Assembly: GCA_963746335.1 (NCBI GenBank)
Contig: CAVVAK010000004.1
Span: 109,987-173,986 of the forward strand
Reading direction: 5' to 3'
DNA length: 64,000 bases
Source of the DNA: an uncultured Actinomycetota bacterium
GTDB lineage: Bacteria; Actinomycetota; UBA4738; HRBIN12
In this document: piece after piece, positions 60,845-64,000 of the stretch
Position numbering within the stretch: position 1 is the stretch's first letter
Layout of the letters: every line of letters begins with the position of its first letter
Program-made: the position numbers and the translations under genes
Notes under the pieces: generated by a model
Seen by the model: only the letters and a program-made list of their open reading frames with translations
What the model was told of the DNA's origin: nothing
The model's database searches: none

Positions 60845-61999
60845 ATGGAGTTCGAGCTCACACCGGAGCAGCAGCAGGTCCGCGACCTCGTCCGGGAGTT
60901 CGCGACCCAGGAGATCGCGCCCGGGGCGGCCGAGCGCGATGAGCACGAAGAGCTCCCTCTGGACATCGTCAAGAAGCTCGGTGAGCTGGGGATCTGCGGC
61001 GTTCCCATTCCCGAGGAGTACGGCGGGCTCGGCGCGGACGCCGTCACCTGGGCCCTCGTCATCGAGGAGCTCGGGCGAGCGGACTCCAGCGTGGCGGTCA
61101 CCGTTTCGGTCGCCTCCGGGTTGGCCGGGGGGATGGTCAGCCGGTACGGAACGCATGAGCAGCGACAGCGCTGGCTCCCGCCGATCGCCGCCGGCGAGAT
61201 GCTGGCGGGGTTCGGCTTGACCGAGCCGGGGAGCGGGTCAGACGCGGCGGCCCTGCGGACGAAGGCCCGCCTGGACGGCGGTGAGTGGGTGATCGACGGC
61301 TCGAAGTCGTTCATCACGAACAGCGGGACGCCGATCACCGGCTTCGTGATCGTGGCCTGCCGCACCGAGGAGGGCGCGTCCAACGGGATCTCCACGATCC
61401 TGGTGCCGGCCGAGGCCACCGGGTTCACGGTCGGGCCTCCCTACCGGAAGCTCGGGTGGCGCTCGAGCGACACCCATGAGCTCTCGTTCGAGAACTGCCG
61501 GGTGCCGGAGGAGAACCTGCTCGGCGAGGCGGGCAAGGGCCTGGCGCAGTGCCTCGCCGCCCTCGACGACGGGCGGATCTCGATCGCGGCGTTGTCGGTG
61601 GGCCTGGCGCAGGGATGTCTCGATGCGAGCGTGTCCTACGCGAAGGAGCGCGAGGCGTTCGGCCGTCCGATCGGTGCCTACGAGGCCATCGCGTTCAAGC
61701 TCGCCGACATGCGGGCCACCATCGACTCCGCGCGCTTGCTCACGTACCGCGCCGCATGGCTGAAGGATCAGGGTCGGCCGTACACGATCGAGGCCGCGAT
61801 CGCGAAGCTCCGCGCGAGCGAGATCGCGGTCGATGTCGCTCGCGAGGCGATCCAGGTCCACGGCGGCTACGGCTTCACCGAGGAGTTCCCGGTCGCCCGG
61901 GCCTACCGCGACGCGAAGGTGCTGGAGATCGGCGAAGGCACCAGTGAGATCCTGCGGCTCGTGATCGCGCGGGATCTCGGTCTCCAGCCGCAGGTCTGA
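60845..61999 (+). CDS. Acyl-CoA dehydrogenase.
   Basis: 'GFGLTEPGSGSDAAAL', 'QVHGGYGF' and 'EIGEGTSEI' motifs. Confidence 0.9.
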   Translation: MEFELTPEQQQVRDLVREFATQEIAPGAAERDEHEELPLDIVKKLGELGICGVPIPEEYGGLGADAVTWALVIEELGRADSSVAVTVSVASGLAGGMVSRYGTHEQRQRWLPPIAAGEMLAGFGLTEPGSGSDAAALRTKARLDGGEWVIDGSKSFITNSGTPITGFVIVACRTEEGASNGISTILVPAEATGFTVGPPYRKLGWRSSDTHELSFENCRVPEENLLGEAGKGLAQCLAALDDGRISIAALSVGLAQGCLDASVSYAKEREAFGRPIGAYEAIAFKLADMRATIDSARLLTYRAAWLKDQGRPYTIEAAIAKLRASEIAVDVAREAIQVHGGYGFTEEFPVARAYRDAKVLEIGEGTSEILRLVIARDLGLQPQV

Positions 62000-62001
62000 G
62001 C

Positions 62002-62610
62002 GTGCCGAGCGGCCGCTACGCGGTGCGAGGGCGAAGCGGCGACGTCGTGGGCACCGAGGATTTCCGGAGCGCTCCCGGCCCGATGGGCTGGCGCTATTTC
62101 TCCGAGATCCGCCGGGATGAGCCGACCCCGCACGGCGAGATCGTGGACGTCGTCGTCGACGGCGAGTGGCGGATCGTACGGGCCCGGATCGATACCGGGG
62201 AGCATTCGATCGCGCTCGAGCCTCGCGACCGGTCACTGACGGGAGTGCGTGACGATGAGCCGGTGCAGGTCGCCTGGGGACCGGAGATGCATCTCGACTA
62301 CCTGACCCCCGCCATGAACGCGATCACCGCCCAACGACTCGTGGGGACGACCGACATCGACGTGGTGTATCTCGAGCCGGTGACCGTCGAACCGACGCTC
62401 GTCCGGCAGCGCTATGAGCTGCTGGGCTCCGAGGAGGTCGAGACGCCTGTCGGCCGATTCCAGGCCGATCGGTGGCGGTACACGGCGCTCGAGAGCGGGT
62501 GGACGAGCGACCTGTGGGTCGCGGGTGACGTCGTCGTGCGCTACGACCGTGCCTTCGAGCTCATCGGCTACGAACCGGGGGCGTCGGGACCCGTCCCGAC
62601 GCCCCCGTAG
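62002..62610 (+). CDS. Hypothetical protein (202 aa), GTG-coupled 3 nt after the ACAD stop.
   Basis: ORF only. Confidence 0.45.
   Translation: MPSGRYAVRGRSGDVVGTEDFRSAPGPMGWRYFSEIRRDEPTPHGEIVDVVVDGEWRIVRARIDTGEHSIALEPRDRSLTGVRDDEPVQVAWGPEMHLDYLTPAMNAITAQRLVGTTDIDVVYLEPVTVEPTLVRQRYELLGSEEVETPVGRFQADRWRYTALESGWTSDLWVAGDVVVRYDRAFELIGYEPGASGPVPTPP
62581..62602 (+). terminator. 9-bp GC stem, 4-nt loop hairpin (gcgtcggga-cccg-tcccgacgc) at the 3' end of the 62002 CDS. A second 6-bp hairpin (ggctga-ggc-tcagcc) at 62626-62640 overlaps the yceI stop.
   Basis: Read directly. No U-tract, which is common in high-GC genomes. Confidence 0.4.
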
Positions 62611-62634
62611 GTCGTCAGATCGCTCGGCTGAGGC

Positions 62635-63201
62635 TCAGCCCGTCTGCAGCGCCTCAACCTCGATCTCGAGGTCGATCGACTTGCTGACGAGGAACCCGCC
62701 GGTCTCCAGGACCATGTTCCAGCTCACGTTCCAGTCCTCGCGCTGGAGGGTCGTCCTCGCCGTCGCCGCGAGCACGGTCTTCCCGTACGGGTTCGTCTCG
62801 GTGCCGAGATACTCCCCATGGAGCGTGATCGGCCGGGTGACGTCACGGATCGTGAGGTCACCGTCGAGCTCGAACGTCGCTCCGCCCGTGGGCCGGACGC
62901 CGGTGCTCCGGAAGGTCATCACGGGCCACTTCTCCACGTTGAGGAAGTCGTCGCTCTTCAGATGCTCGTCTCGCTGCTCCGTGTTGGTCTGGATGCTCGC
63001 GGTCTTGATCTCGACCTCAGCGCTCGACTCCTCGGGGGTGTCCCCGATCTCGATCCAGCCGGAGAAGTCCGTGAACCGCCCACGAACCTTGGTCAGGATG
63101 TGCCGGGCGACGAACTCCACCGCCGTGTGCGCGAGGTCCAGCTCGTACTTCCCTGCGGGCGGCAGCTGGACGCCCCCGATCTCCTTCACCGCGTCTGCCA
63201 T
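62635..63201 (-). CDS. yceI: YceI family protein.
   Basis: 'YELDLAHTAVEFVARHILTKVRGRF' YceI lipid-binding barrel signature. Confidence 0.8.
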   Translation of the reverse strand: MADAVKEIGGVQLPPAGKYELDLAHTAVEFVARHILTKVRGRFTDFSGWIEIGDTPEESSAEVEIKTASIQTNTEQRDEHLKSDDFLNVEKWPVMTFRSTGVRPTGGATFELDGDLTIRDVTRPITLHGEYLGTETNPYGKTVLAATARTTLQREDWNVSWNMVLETGGFLVSKSIDLEIEVEALQTG

Positions 63202-63306
63202 CTCGCATCTCCCCTCTCACGGGTCTCTTCCGCTCTCCCTCACGAACAGGGAATGGGTGCTCAGTATTCCGGTGTTGCTAGGGATAGGTAGGGAACTCCG
63301 GATAGG

Positions 63307-63639
63307 ATGGCAACGATGGTTGAAGACCGAACGGTGTGCGAGAGCTTCCAGCGAGCGGCCCAGCTCGTAGGTCAGCGTTGGGTGCCCCAGATCGTGTGGG
63401 TGCTGCTGGACGGCCGCCGCCGCTACTCGGCCGTCCGGGACGCGATCCCCGAGATCTCCGACACGCTGCTCTCCGAGCGGCTCCGTGAGCTCGAAGAGGC
63501 GGGCGTCGTCACCCGGACGGTGACGCCGTCGACCCCCGTGCTGATCGAGTACGGCCTGAGCGAGCGGGGCCGTGAACTCGCCGTCGTGATGGACGGGCTC
63601 TCGACCTGGGCCGAACGTTGGGCTGCGATCGGCGCCTGA
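63307..63639 (+). CDS. hxlR: HxlR family transcriptional regulator, divergent from yceI.
   Basis: 'CESFQRAAQLVGQRWVPQIVWVLLDGRRRYSAVRDAIPEISDTLLSERLRELEEAGVV'. Confidence 0.8.
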   Translation: MATMVEDRTVCESFQRAAQLVGQRWVPQIVWVLLDGRRRYSAVRDAIPEISDTLLSERLRELEEAGVVTRTVTPSTPVLIEYGLSERGRELAVVMDGLSTWAERWAAIGA

Positions 63640-63646
63640 CGATCGG

Positions 63647-64000
63647 TCAGCCTGCCACGGCGCGATCCGCGATGTCGAGGGCCTCGTCGATGATCGAGAA
63701 GCCTTCCTCGAGCTGCTCCTCGGTGACGCACAGCGGCGGGTTCGTCATGATCCCGTTGAAGCGGATCATCGTGAACAGGCCGCGCTCGAGCAGCTTCTTG
63801 TTGACGGCTTGCATGGTTTCGTTCACCACGTTGTAGGGCGAGAGCGGCTCCATGGTTTCGCGGCTCTTCACGAGCTCCATGATCCCGAACAGCCCGATGT
63901 TGCGAACGCGGCCGACGCTCGGGTGCTTGGTCGTCAGCTCCTCGTGGTGGCGCCGCATCACCGGGTCAAGCCGCTTCGCGTTCCCGACGAGGTCGTCCTC
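63647..64000 (-). CDS. Class III aminotransferase (omega-transaminase / GABA-AT-like). Only the C-terminal about 118 aa are in the window.
   Basis: 'RGLFTMIRFNGIMTNPPLCVTEEQLEEGFSIIDEAL' aminotransferase-III C-terminal domain. Confidence 0.65.
   Translation of the reverse strand, partial: EDDLVGNAKRLDPVMRRHHEELTTKHPSVGRVRNIGLFGIMELVKSRETMEPLSPYNVVNETMQAVNKKLLERGLFTMIRFNGIMTNPPLCVTEEQLEEGFSIIDEALDIADRAVAG

Overview
This is a 64 kb, high-GC (roughly 70%) chromosomal segment that looks actinobacterial (MsiK-type sugar ABC ATPase, Holin-X/DUF3618, malQ-glgB-glgX, GTG/TTG starts, 4-nt overlapping gene junctions). It is densely coding, with about 60 genes. I found no rRNA, tRNA, CRISPR array, transposase or integrase. 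Many long ORFs in the six-frame track are GC-driven antisense artefacts.

Gene content in order:
- **1-6 kb:** glycogen/maltodextrin genes malQ-glgB-glgX.
- **6-7 kb:** two tandem ACT-domain proteins.
- **8.5-12.4 kb:** tryptophan 2,3-dioxygenase (kynA) divergent from a roughly 1000-aa PAS/GAF/PP2C sensor phosphatase.
- **12.4-18.3 kb:** a YciI-like protein, an ABC-2 exporter, an OYE-family flavoprotein and a GlcF-like Fe-S protein.
- **18.9-22.1 kb:** rtcB, then coxE (VWA) and coxD (MoxR).
- **22.2-30 kb:** a sugar ABC uptake locus plus a GH94 phosphorylase. At least four single-nucleotide frameshifts (two in the solute-binding protein gene, one in permease 1, one in the GH94 gene; a fifth is possible in permease 2) fall only in this stretch.
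- **30-36.8 kb:** an MFS transporter, a GH13 alpha-glucosidase, MscS, a PAS-adenylate cyclase and an ammonium transporter.
- **36.8-37.6 kb:** an unusual 0.8 kb lower-GC non-coding island holding a 25-aa hydrophobic micro-ORF flanked by ~38-nt direct repeats.
- **37.6-39.4 kb:** a YihY/BrkB::Holin-X fusion, DUF3618 and a small-protein operon.
- **39.5-48.2 kb:** a form-II CODH-like molybdoenzyme cluster in coxS-L-M order, with xdhC, coxG and mocA nearby and two paralogous Cys-motif membrane proteins upstream. A third paralog sits at 18.3 kb.
- **48.2-49.5 kb:** a GNAT acetyltransferase and a carbon-nitrogen hydrolase.
- **49.5-53.4 kb:** a translationally coupled four-gene two-component cascade.
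- **53.6-62.6 kb:** acetoacetyl-CoA synthetase, two thiolase-like proteins, DUF35 proteins, a TPR-cyclase, an acyl-CoA dehydrogenase and a small hypothetical protein.
- **62.6-64 kb:** yceI and hxlR divergent, then the 3' end of a class-III aminotransferase.

The points I would look at first are the frameshift cluster, the non-coding island with its micro-ORF and repeats, the three-member Cys-motif membrane-protein family attached to the cox cluster, and the YihY::Holin-X fusion operon.
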